Positions 10,117 to 18,507 of a stretch of 20,000 nucleotides of DNA are shown piece by piece; within the stretch, counting starts at the first letter, position 1; every line of letters begins with the position of its first letter. The position numbers and the translations under genes are program-made. A model generated the notes under the pieces. That model ran no database searches, was not told where the DNA came from, and saw nothing but the letters and a program-made list of their open reading frames with translations. This DNA comes from an uncultured virus (IMG/VR IMGVR_UViG_3300044858_005455) (taxonomy: Duplodnaviria > Heunggongvirae > Uroviricota > Caudoviricetes): the IMG/VR virus record IMGVR_UViG_3300044858_005455. One strand, given 5' to 3'.

Positions 10117-10467
10117 ATGATAACACCAGTAGACGCCCCACAAGTCATACGCTACGGCATAGCAGTATACGCGCCCCCTCTACCTAGCGTAGATAGTCTG
10201 ACGCTCGAGATTCTGTATAGTGAGAGCCCCAACCCCCGCCTTATACCCTGCTCTACTAGTGTGCGCCTATGGAAACGAGAGAGTGAGCAGGGGGAGAGGG
10301 GCACCCTATTCCTATGGAAGAAGGATAATCAATTAACTAAAGGCTACTATACGCTTATATTAGAGGCAGATAATAGACGAGGGTACTGTTCTATTGCGTT
10401 AACGGCGCCCACCGACTACTGGATAGTGGGGCTACCCTATAGTATTTATCCCCCTATAGCTTTATAA
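10117..10467 (+). CDS. Hypothetical phage baseplate-region protein
   Basis: ATG at 10117 is preferred over TTG 10114, which lies inside the IS end. Phage-type codon usage resumes here. Confidence 0.7.
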   Translation: MITPVDAPQVIRYGIAVYAPPLPSVDSLTLEILYSESPNPRLIPCSTSVRLWKRESEQGERGTLFLWKKDNQLTKGYYTLILEADNRRGYCSIALTAPTDYWIVGLPYSIYPPIAL

Positions 10468-10469
10468 CT

Positions 10470-10847
10470 GTGGATATAGCGACGAGAGACGGAGATATAC
10501 TTCTCAGCACAACTGGCGATCTACTGCTAGTAGACGAAAGAGACTATCTAGTAAGGCGAGCGCTGGAGATTCCATTGGGTCACGTAGCTATATGGGTACC
10601 TGGTACTAGCGACTTCCGATTAGTTGATGCTGACGTGGGGAATGCCCTCTATAACTATCTATCTGATCCCCTCAATCTTGACTGGGTAGGTAGGGCTGAT
10701 ATAGCTATAGCTAACGCTCTACGCGCCTTACCATCTGTGTATAGTGTGCGCGATGTAGATATCCAGGTAACAGGCCCGCGCGAGGTACGCATTAACGTTA
10801 TATATAATGATAATCGCTCTCTCACGACTACATTGACACCTTCGTAA
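10470..10847 (+). CDS. Baseplate wedge gp25/gpW-like protein
   Basis: 125 aa with 'GDLLLVD', 'DVGNALYNYLSDP' and 'ANALRALPSV..VRDVDIQ...VRINVIY'; sits immediately before baseplate J. Confidence 0.65.
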   Translation: MDIATRDGDILLSTTGDLLLVDERDYLVRRALEIPLGHVAIWVPGTSDFRLVDADVGNALYNYLSDPLNLDWVGRADIAIANALRALPSVYSVRDVDIQVTGPREVRINVIYNDNRSLTTTLTPS

Positions 10848-10882
10848 GCACCCCCTCTGAAGCAAACATAACAGGTATTTTT

Positions 10883-11863
10883 ATGAATCTAAACACTATA
10901 TTAAGTACCATCCAGCAAAAACTGCAGGGGACAATACTAAATGGTACCATCAGTCCACTCAGTAACCTCTACTTCCTATTACGAGCTATAGCCGCCTGTA
11001 TAGTAGATTTATACGAGGAGACGCGACCTGTTACTATAATGGATGCCACCGACGTAGAGTTAGATGCGATGGCTCTATTATACGGGATAATTAGAAGAGA
11101 GGGCACACCAGCCAATGGCTACGCACTAGTGCTGGGCCCGGTACCAGAGGGTACTGTTATGCTGACACCTGATAATGTAACTATTATTCTAAGTGAGGCC
11201 ATAAACAATAGTGGCGAGACACGCGTAGCTGTAACAGTAGGGAGGCCAGGTGAGGCTGTCATACCAGCTGGCACCCCACTACGCGATCCCGTAACGGGTG
11301 CTACTGGCGTAGTAGGCCTATATAGAAACCCGTTTAATGAAGCCGTAGGTGATATCGTAAATGGCACTGATAGAGAGAGTGACGATGATTTACGTCTACG
11401 CGTCCTTGAATACCTAGACTTATCAGATAGCAGCAGTCTATCAGCTCTACGCGCGACTATAATTAACGAGATAAATACACTCAGCCGAATAGTCATAGTT
11501 GATTCTGACCCTACGCCTGGCTATATAACTGTTTATACCGACGCGAGCGATGAGCGCACATTATTTCAGATAAGTAAGGTTATAGAGAATAATAAGGCAG
11601 TAGGCATCGGGTTTAGGGTCAGGACACTACGGCCATTCCCGTATAATGTACGTGTGGCCGTAGCAGGTAATGTCAACGCGGGTCTAGTTATAAGACAATA
11701 CTTTAGAAACCTAGCTCCTCTTACTAGTCCATCAGCGAAAGGTATAGGTATTGCTCTAGTGAATTCAGGGGCCAGCGCAGCCCGAGTGCTGAGTACATTA
11801 CCACTCGCACCAGTTGATACTATGCCAGTCCTAGAGAGTGTAGAGGTGGTTCCAATTGGTTAA
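10883..11863 (+). CDS. Baseplate J/gp47-family protein
   Basis: Motifs 'ATDVELDAMALLYGIIRREGTPANG', 'NGTDRESDDDLRLRV' and 'PGYITVY'. Confidence 0.85.
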   Translation: MNLNTILSTIQQKLQGTILNGTISPLSNLYFLLRAIAACIVDLYEETRPVTIMDATDVELDAMALLYGIIRREGTPANGYALVLGPVPEGTVMLTPDNVTIILSEAINNSGETRVAVTVGRPGEAVIPAGTPLRDPVTGATGVVGLYRNPFNEAVGDIVNGTDRESDDDLRLRVLEYLDLSDSSSLSALRATIINEINTLSRIVIVDSDPTPGYITVYTDASDERTLFQISKVIENNKAVGIGFRVRTLRPFPYNVRVAVAGNVNAGLVIRQYFRNLAPLTSPSAKGIGIALVNSGASAARVLSTLPLAPVDTMPVLESVEVVPIG

Positions 11864-14432
11864 TTATCGTTATAGGTTATCACGACTACTAATCCCGGGG
11901 GGCATACCTGATTCTGAGATAGGAGAGGTAGAGCTATTCCTGGCTAGTGATAGAGAGGGCTATATTAATAATATAGACCTACCACCAGATCCCAATTGTC
12001 TGGAGATCAATTGTACTCCTACGCAGTGCGTAGAGCGAATAGGTATATGGAGCAATCAGGCACTAGGCCCGCTGGGTACAGGAGGTTTCTTCATAGCAGG
12101 TAAACCTGATGATGAGAATAGAGTTACTGTAATTAACGTGGGTGTAGTGTGCCCTCTCACTGGCACACTGGGGCGCTCCAATTATGCTCTCTATCCACAG
12201 AAGCAGGGTACCCTCGAGCTAACTACACCTCTCATATCAGGCATGCCGTACGCTGAGGTAGTGCGCGTTAGCCCAACGGCAGGAGAGTTCCTATTACGCT
12301 ACTACAAAACACAAGGCCTTCCTCACGCGCAGCTAGGCATAGCTCGCTCCCTAGCGAATCAGACGGTAGATACTGAGGAGTTAGCGTGGACTGTCATAGG
12401 TATGGTAGGAGCATCTATACGGCCAGACGCTAATGTAATATACCGCAGTTCTGAAATAGACGCGACAGTCAGCGAATACGTTAGACGAGCATGTACGGGC
12501 CTACTAGAACTAATGGATCCCGGCAGTCTACCGGGCAGACGAGGGAGTATTCCTCGCTTTGTGTATAGCCTAAACTCTGAGGCCGATATATACGGCCCCG
12601 AGGCAGAGAAACTACAGGCATTAACTGAGATACGCGTAGTAGAAAACTGCAGCGACTGTATAGAGGTGGGCCCCAATAATAAACGCGTATCTCGAGAGGT
12701 ACGGGATAGATCATGCGCCGCTGTACTGCTAGCGCTCTGCATCGCGGGCTACGGAGATAAGGTCACTCCACTAGCAGAGTATCTAGTGAGTCGTATAGAT
12801 AGCCGCGGTAGAATGATTACTGGTTGGACAGACGCACGGCCTCTAAGCACGTCACTTAGCCTAGATAGTCCTACAGCTAGTGGTACGATAACAGCGGCCC
12901 TAGCTATATTGGCCTATAGTCGTGTAGATAGATCATACCTACCCCATGCTCATAGATTAATAGAGAGTGCGCGCCTCTACTATTACACATCCTCCTGGGG
13001 CACTGATGCTATAGATAGAACACTAGGGGCCCTTATAAGTCGCGTGCTAGTTGACTATGCCGATACACCTAGCCAGGCGCGGGCGAGCCTCACTAATGTA
13101 ATAGGACAGGCAGGTACAGTGAGTCCTACATTCCTAGCACTCCAACTAGAGTTAGTAGGAGATGTTAGTTTAAATACTACATACCGCGCTATACTAGATA
13201 ATAACCCTACACTAGAGTGTGGATTATCACTAGCTAGAGAGCTATCCAGCACCTCATTCCTAAGAGTACTAGATGAACTGGGCCCTGTGTATAGGAACTA
13301 TCTCTATCGTATAGATAAGACAATGTCGCGCGTAAGAGGGGCTCTACCTACAGACTTCGGCCTATTCAGTAAAACAGCTATTAGATCAGGTAATCTAGGC
13401 CGCATACTAGAGGCCCTAGTACCCTCAATTAGTGCGGCGTATAATAAACCACTAGTAGTACCTACGGCTCCGACTAAGGTCCCTGTGACTATATCGGGTA
13501 TTCTCAACTGGTTAACAGGATTAGGGTATCAAGAAGTATATGTTACAGAGGCGTGGAGAGAGGCACTACACGTAGTTGGTAATCTACCTACTTACGGTAA
13601 CACCACCCTAGGCACAGGACTACTAGGTATGCCCCGCCCATCAGCGCGCGTAGGAGTACTAGGACGATGGGAAGAGAGAATTAATCCTGCTCCTGGCGGC
13701 GTGCTGGTTATACGAGAGGGTAATCTACTGGGGACTGGCATTATAGATGATACACCAGCAGTAGGCGCGCTAGTTCCAGATGACGAGGAGTGTAATATCT
13801 GTTACTGGTTTGGTATTTGTGAGGCACCAGAGCCACAGGGTTGTCTCGCAGGTCAATTTGACTTCTGTGAATCTGAATTATCGTGTAGACCAATCGATAT
13901 TGTTACTGATCTTATTGATAATTTACCTCCAGTAACCACCGCCTCTCAAGGACTCTTGATAGACTTTAATCAATGGCTAAGGGTAGGTTTTACAACTGGC
14001 AATAACAGTAATGGTTATATTATTAACTCGGTAATTCTTCGGTTGGCGGAAATTACTGCAAGTCCCAATTTAGTTGTTAGGCTCTACCCAGCGACAGAAC
14101 TAGACGGTAATTTCAACAGTGAGATAATCAGTTTTACTAACCCTGATTCCATTACCACCACTACCGCCAATAACATCTTTACTCTTACCTGTCCGAAAAC
14201 ATTAGCCGCTAATACTACTTATTGGTTAGTTGTCGGAATTTTAAGCGGTAGTGGGCAGTATATATGGGCGGCTACCACTTCTGACAATCAATCAGGATCG
14301 TTGGGATGGTCGATTCGCGACAACAATCCTTTGTACGATCCTTTGTATAGCCTTAATCAAGGACTCACTTGGCAGCTTTTCCCTGAACGTATAACTTTTC
14401 AATTTAAAGTAACAGGAGCTCAAACACCATGA
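11856..14432 (+). CDS. Multidomain tail/baseplate protein with gpI-like segment and C-terminal choice-of-anchor R-like beta domain
   Basis: Follows J. 'GILNWLTGLGYQEVYVTEAW' resembles P2 tail protein I. C-terminal 'FTTGNNSNGYIINSVILRL...LAANTTYWLVV...GWSI' resembles cyanobacterial surface-protein domains. Confidence 0.6.
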   Translation: MVNYRYRLSRLLIPGGIPDSEIGEVELFLASDREGYINNIDLPPDPNCLEINCTPTQCVERIGIWSNQALGPLGTGGFFIAGKPDDENRVTVINVGVVCPLTGTLGRSNYALYPQKQGTLELTTPLISGMPYAEVVRVSPTAGEFLLRYYKTQGLPHAQLGIARSLANQTVDTEELAWTVIGMVGASIRPDANVIYRSSEIDATVSEYVRRACTGLLELMDPGSLPGRRGSIPRFVYSLNSEADIYGPEAEKLQALTEIRVVENCSDCIEVGPNNKRVSREVRDRSCAAVLLALCIAGYGDKVTPLAEYLVSRIDSRGRMITGWTDARPLSTSLSLDSPTASGTITAALAILAYSRVDRSYLPHAHRLIESARLYYYTSSWGTDAIDRTLGALISRVLVDYADTPSQARASLTNVIGQAGTVSPTFLALQLELVGDVSLNTTYRAILDNNPTLECGLSLARELSSTSFLRVLDELGPVYRNYLYRIDKTMSRVRGALPTDFGLFSKTAIRSGNLGRILEALVPSISAAYNKPLVVPTAPTKVPVTISGILNWLTGLGYQEVYVTEAWREALHVVGNLPTYGNTTLGTGLLGMPRPSARVGVLGRWEERINPAPGGVLVIREGNLLGTGIIDDTPAVGALVPDDEECNICYWFGICEAPEPQGCLAGQFDFCESELSCRPIDIVTDLIDNLPPVTTASQGLLIDFNQWLRVGFTTGNNSNGYIINSVILRLAEITASPNLVVRLYPATELDGNFNSEIISFTNPDSITTTTANNIFTLTCPKTLAANTTYWLVVGILSGSGQYIWAATTSDNQSGSLGWSIRDNNPLYDPLYSLNQGLTWQLFPERITFQFKVTGAQTP

Positions 14433-15244
14433 TTACTCCAATAAACACAATAAACGGCATTACATACTTTGGTTATAAATCAGGCCTCAGTCCTGGTATA
14501 GATATCACACGTTCTCAGTTAGTAGAGTTTCTAGACACAGCGCTAGGTGCTGCTAATAATGAAGTATTACCTAATGTTATGGAGTTCCACGCGCGTATAC
14601 CATCCCGAGAGCTTATAACTGGAGCCGTTACATCTACTGCTAGTGATGGTAAGACTCGCGTGGTATTTGACAATAATTTATGCATAGCAGGGGTATATCC
14701 TCACAATGAGACTACGCCGGGCCCATTTGTTCCTGTGCAGAACCCATATGTCCTACCTAACTTGACAGGTGGGCGAGTTGTATATATGTGTGCCTCTAGT
14801 GCAGGCCTAGGTATACTACAGATACGTCTGAACTCAGGTATACCAGACCAGAACGGCTATGTGTTTAATTATATAGGTTATTCAACTGAGGCATATACTG
14901 CTAATTACCCAATGGATCTGCACTGTATAGTGTCGTATAAAATAGGGGACTCTACTGACAATGGTGTATTTGGTATAACTAATAATACCAGTACTGCAGC
15001 CCGCACTATAACCCCCAGGTCTAATGTAAGTTGTCGGGAGAATCAGGCAAAGCCAGCTAGTGATGTAGTCCTCGATGAATTTACTAAGGCACAGCCATTT
15101 CTAGTATGGTTAGATAGGCCGCTGGAAATTGGAGGCGTAGCGAGCCTAATAGATAATCCACATGAGTTATATATAAGTTGTGGTCGTCTAGGCTCCGGCA
15201 GTATACTGATGAGAGTAATGGGGGAGTATCTAGTATATTGCTAG
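14429..15244 (+). CDS. Hypothetical tail-fibre-region protein
   Basis: 271-aa ORF with an ATGA overlap with the previous gene and phage codon bias. Confidence 0.65.
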   Translation: MITPINTINGITYFGYKSGLSPGIDITRSQLVEFLDTALGAANNEVLPNVMEFHARIPSRELITGAVTSTASDGKTRVVFDNNLCIAGVYPHNETTPGPFVPVQNPYVLPNLTGGRVVYMCASSAGLGILQIRLNSGIPDQNGYVFNYIGYSTEAYTANYPMDLHCIVSYKIGDSTDNGVFGITNNTSTAARTITPRSNVSCRENQAKPASDVVLDEFTKAQPFLVWLDRPLEIGGVASLIDNPHELYISCGRLGSGSILMRVMGEYLVYC

Positions 15245-15401
15245 CACCTGCGTATAGTTATGACGCTGTATCTATTAAGGCTGTACAAATACCAAACTCA
15301 GGTCTCCCGTAATATGACTCAGGCTAGCAACTGAATAAATAACACCGGGCATGCAGGATACAATGAGTTATCCCGGCGATACTCTATTAGATGTAAGTAA
15401 T

Positions 15402-15448
15402 TAGAGATAATTAATTACACATATTTAACCACCTGTTGCCTATTCTAA
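15402..15448. repeat. 47-bp direct repeat copy 1 (att-like site)
   Basis: TAGAGATAATTAATTACACATATTTAACCACCTGTTGCCTATTCTAA; 46/47 identical to 19039-19085 and located at the composition boundary. Confidence 0.95.
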
Positions 15449-15471
15449 GTTCTTCATTTATTGTTATTGTT

Positions 15472-15576
15472 TTAAGTGTCTGTAGCCTCAGTTATTTTAA
15501 TAAAGCCTAAAATAGTCTTCATTATCTTTGTTGCTTCTAGAATCAAAATATTGAACTCTTTTGCTGTTATTGTCAT
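15472..15576 (-). pseudogene. 34-aa ORF, probable truncated/chimeric remnant of the paralog family
   Basis: MTITAKEFNILILEATKIMKTILGFIKITEATDT, with an ATGA overlap and GAGG SD. 'TKIMKTILGFI' mirrors the family C-terminal helix (e.g. 'TQIMINILSFI'). Confidence 0.45.
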
Positions 15577-15998
15577 GGTGTTACCTCGGTTTGTATTTCA
15601 TTTTCGATAAATGAAAGGATATTAATCATGATTTGTGTTCCTTTTTCACGCCATAGATTTAATTCTTTATGTTTAGCAGTCCCACTTTTCTTAAACAAGA
15701 TTTTACTGTTTTTTCTATCATTTATCCATATAAGAAAACTTCCTTCCCAATCTAGATTAGAGATAGTAGTTCGACCATCTATATAATTTCTAAAATCACT
15801 AGGTGAACCGTCACTGCTATAAGAGTTGTTGCTATTGACCTTTATATCTATTTGTATTCCATTTATAGAATTAAGAATAGGGCGATACCCATAAATCATG
15901 TCTTGAGTTTTAGTTAAAGACGTAAATGACCACTTTAGCTCTGGGTAAGTTTTTTGACAGAAATTGAATATTTTTTGGGATGTTTCTTGTTTGTTCAT
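15573..15998 (-). CDS. Array paralog 7 (most divergent), unknown function
   Basis: Family motifs 'KIFNFCQKTYPELKW' and 'IMINILSFIENEIQ'. Confidence 0.85.
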   Translation of the reverse strand: MNKQETSQKIFNFCQKTYPELKWSFTSLTKTQDMIYGYRPILNSINGIQIDIKVNSNNSYSSDGSPSDFRNYIDGRTTISNLDWEGSFLIWINDRKNSKILFKKSGTAKHKELNLWREKGTQIMINILSFIENEIQTEVTP

Positions 15999-16008
15999 TG
16001 TTATTACC

Positions 16009-16341
16009 TTAAATACAAATAACTAGATCGCCGATACAAACATTGATAAATTTCTCACAGTCATATCGAGAATTATTACAAGCTTGAATAATAGAGGTAT
16101 TTTCCTCAACAGAAATAACCTTCCCCGACCCTTTACAAAGAATACGATGACCAATGAAATCTCTAGTTATTAGGTCGTATATTGGCTTGTTCGTAATTGA
16201 ATAAACTAGGTGAGAGTCATTTATTCTTATACGATTTAATCTGCCACGGTTTATTACTACTTTAAAATCATCGATAACTTCAATTACTTTAGCTGGATAC
16301 GTTCCTTTAATTGGAAGTCCTAGCTCTTCGTCTGTTGCCAT
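16009..16341 (-). CDS. Small beta-barrel protein, FlgT C-terminal-like; unrelated to the paralog family
   Basis: Pattern 'AKVIEVIDDFKVVINRG...LVY...IYDLITRDFIG...KGSGKVISVEENTS'; AGGAG SD present. The fold call is tentative. Confidence 0.6.
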   Translation of the reverse strand: MATDEELGLPIKGTYPAKVIEVIDDFKVVINRGRLNRIRINDSHLVYSITNKPIYDLITRDFIGHRILCKGSGKVISVEENTSIIQACNNSRYDCEKFINVCIGDLVICI

Positions 16342-16348
16342 TGATTTA

Positions 16349-16389
16349 ACTCCTATTGGGTGAATTGACTAGACAGAATAGTATTGCTT
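16349..16389 (-). repeat. Array leader repeat A (palindrome partly deleted) with SD
   Basis: + strand ACTCCTATTGGGTGAATTGACTAGACAGAATAGTATTG; lacks 8 nt of the right arm present in copy B. Confidence 0.85.
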
Positions 16390-16749
16390 TCATTCTTGAA
16401 TTTCATCGAGAATAAAAGTGAAAATGTCTAGCATTACTTTTCGAGTTTTTTTGTAGTTATCAAAATAATCAGATTTTGACTTTCTAATATAATCAAATGT
16501 TATTTGATTCTCATAGGGATAGTTATTGTCTCTATCATCAGGGTTTATCCATAATCCAAACGTGCCTACATAATATGCTTCGCATGAAACACGCTTAAGC
16601 GGACTATCCAGAAAAACCTCTATTATTAATTCATCAGGAAAAAGTGGACACTGAATTATATTATTTTCAGAGTCAAGATTCCATTTTAAATCTGGATAAC
16701 TTCTGTGACAGAATTCTAATATTTTCTCTGTTACTTGTTTTATGTCCAT
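16390..16749 (-). CDS. Array paralog 6, unknown function
   Basis: 'EKILEFCHRSYPDLKW...IFTFILDEIQE'; close relative of 17220-17588. Confidence 0.9.
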   Translation of the reverse strand: MDIKQVTEKILEFCHRSYPDLKWNLDSENNIIQCPLFPDELIIEVFLDSPLKRVSCEAYYVGTFGLWINPDDRDNNYPYENQITFDYIRKSKSDYFDNYKKTRKVMLDIFTFILDEIQE

Positions 16750-16764
16750 TAATTTGACTCCTGT

Positions 16765-17163
16765 TTATTCTTGAATTTCGTTAGCAATAAAATTGAAAAT
16801 ACCTAACATCACTTCTCGATATTTTTTGTACAAGTCCCAGTCTTTTTTATCCCACTCTTTTGTTATTGGGAGACTACGAAAATCTATTTTTTTGTCACAA
16901 TTTAGATGAATACCAAACATCCCCAACCAACCTACATTAACTAGGTCAAAGTGTCCGATTATATAATCATCAGTAGTTTCTTCTTTATAAGAAGAAACCT
17001 CATTTCTTTTGTCTGAGCAAATTTTTAGAGTTACTTTAAACGGAAAATCTACCCCACAAATTACGGTTTTATTTGCATATTTACTACTTACATTCCACTC
17101 TAAATTTGGGTATTGATTTAGACAATAACCTGATATTTTGTAAACTATTTGTTGTGTGTCCAT
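16765..17163 (-). CDS. Array paralog 5, unknown function
   Basis: 'MDTQQIVYKISGYCLNQYPNLEW...IFNFIANEIQE'; the ATG at 17163 matches the family start. Confidence 0.9.
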   Translation of the reverse strand: MDTQQIVYKISGYCLNQYPNLEWNVSSKYANKTVICGVDFPFKVTLKICSDKRNEVSSYKEETTDDYIIGHFDLVNVGWLGMFGIHLNCDKKIDFRSLPITKEWDKKDWDLYKKYREVMLGIFNFIANEIQE

Positions 17164-17167
17164 CACT

Positions 17168-17219
17168 GTTACTTCTATTGGGTGAATTTACTAGACAGAA
17201 TATCTGTCTAGTATTGTTT
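17168..17219 (-). repeat. Array leader repeat B with perfect 11-3-11 palindrome
   Basis: TACTAGACAGA-ATA-TCTGTCTAGTA at 17189-17213, preceded on the + strand by TTGGGTGAATT. Confidence 0.9.
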
Positions 17220-17588
17220 TTATTCTTGAATTTCATCAAGGATGAAATTGAAAATGTCTACCATTACTTTTCGAGTTTCTCTGTATTTGTTGTCAAAATA
17301 ATCAGATTTTGACCTTATATAATCAATATGATGAAACACTATTTGATTATTATAAGGACAGTTATTGTCTCTATCGTTAGGGTTTATCCATAATTCAAAT
17401 CCGCCTACACAGTACACTTCGCATGAAACACGGTAAAGCTGACCATATAGAAAAACGTCTATCCATAATTTATGAGGAGAATCTGGGCACTGAATTGTAT
17501 TATTTTTAGAGTCAAGATTCCATCTTAAATTTGGATAACTTCTGTGACAGAAATCCAATATTTTCTCTGTTACTTGTTTTATGTTCAT
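17220..17588 (-). CDS. Array paralog 4, unknown function
   Basis: 'EKILDFCHRSYPNLRW...RKVMVDIFNFILDEIQE'. Confidence 0.9.
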   Translation of the reverse strand: MNIKQVTEKILDFCHRSYPNLRWNLDSKNNTIQCPDSPHKLWIDVFLYGQLYRVSCEVYCVGGFELWINPNDRDNNCPYNNQIVFHHIDYIRSKSDYFDNKYRETRKVMVDIFNFILDEIQE

Positions 17589-17601
17589 CTGTTGCTCCTA
17601 T

Positions 17602-18000
17602 TTACTCTTGAATTTCATCAAGGATGAAGTTGAAAATGTCTACCATTACTTTTCGGTATTGACTGACTAATGCACAATATTCTGCACTCCATAGTTCATG
17701 TTTATAATAGGCAAGATTCTCAAAAACTATATGGTCTTCATACTGATAGCTCATGTCCTCAGTAGGAGGATTTATCCAAATTTTAAACTTTCCTATTTGG
17801 TTATCTTGCCACTCAACATACTTAAGTTGTCCGTCTAATCCCGCCCAAATACCGTATTTAATCTCTATGTTGTCATTGGAAAAAGTTAAACATTGAATGA
17901 TTTTATAGTCATTATCTGTAAAATCAAAATTCCAGTCTAAGTCTGGGTATTTTTCTTTACAGAAATTGAATATTTTTTCTGCCACTAGCTGTATGTCCAT
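17602..18000 (-). CDS. Array paralog 3, unknown function
   Basis: 'EKIFNFCKEKYPDLDW...RKVMVDIFNFILDEIQE'; AGGAG SD. Confidence 0.9.
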   Translation of the reverse strand: MDIQLVAEKIFNFCKEKYPDLDWNFDFTDNDYKIIQCLTFSNDNIEIKYGIWAGLDGQLKYVEWQDNQIGKFKIWINPPTEDMSYQYEDHIVFENLAYYKHELWSAEYCALVSQYRKVMVDIFNFILDEIQE

Positions 18001-18013
18001 TTGTTACTCCTGT

Positions 18014-18451
18014 CTATTCTTGGATTTCGTCTTCAATAAAATTAAAGATTTCTCTCACTATTTTTCTGGCTTGTTTTACTACACTCCAGCTATCATCATT
18101 CCACTCGTCGTGGGTTGCAATCATAAACTCTAACTCGCTATTCTTATTATGGTTTAGATTTACTTTAAAACTACCTGACCAGGGAAGTAAAGATTTTTCT
18201 TCTGATTGAGATATTAAAAGCAATCCCAGTATATAATCGTAAGTAGCTTCTTTTTCGTAAGAATAAAGCTCTTGTTTTTCATCTGAGCAAATTTCTAGCT
18301 CTAATTTAAACTTAGAGCAAGAGCCAAGAATAAGTGAAGCATTCCTACAACCATCAATATCACTATAATAATAATCCCAAGACCATTTTAAATCTGGATA
18401 TTTTTCTTCACAAAAATTAAATAACTTTTCTGCTATTGTCCATGTGTCCAT
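18014..18451 (-). CDS. Array paralog 2, unknown function
   Basis: 'EKLFNFCEEKYPDLKW...IFNFIEDEIQE'; AGGAG SD. Confidence 0.9.
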   Translation of the reverse strand: MDTWTIAEKLFNFCEEKYPDLKWSWDYYYSDIDGCRNASLILGSCSKFKLELEICSDEKQELYSYEKEATYDYILGLLLISQSEEKSLLPWSGSFKVNLNHNKNSELEFMIATHDEWNDDSWSVVKQARKIVREIFNFIEDEIQE

Positions 18452-18455
18452 TGGT

Positions 18456-18507
18456 GTTACTCCTGTTGGGTGAATTTACTAAACAGATATTCTATCTAGT
18501 ATTGTTT
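18456..18507 (-). repeat. Array leader repeat C with imperfect palindrome and SD
   Basis: TACTAAACAGA-TAT-TCTATCTAGTA at 18477-18501, preceded by GTTACTCCTGTTGGGTGAATT. Confidence 0.9.

Noticed and set aside
6..13507. Short minus-strand ORFs in the ORF track, and + strand 17073-17312
   Set aside because: They are antisense shadows of long, well-supported genes and carry no motifs.
1..15244. Host extracellular contractile injection system or tailocin
   Set aside because: Foreign composition, an abrupt end at the repeat, and no eCIS hallmark genes (AAA ATPase, DUF4255) in view. It cannot be fully excluded.
15218..15312. Possible frameshift at GGGGG extending the 271-aa gene (GVSSILLAPAYSYDAVSIKAVQIPNSGLP*)
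   Set aside because: The alternative frame is only ~30 codons and cannot be distinguished from chance without homologs.
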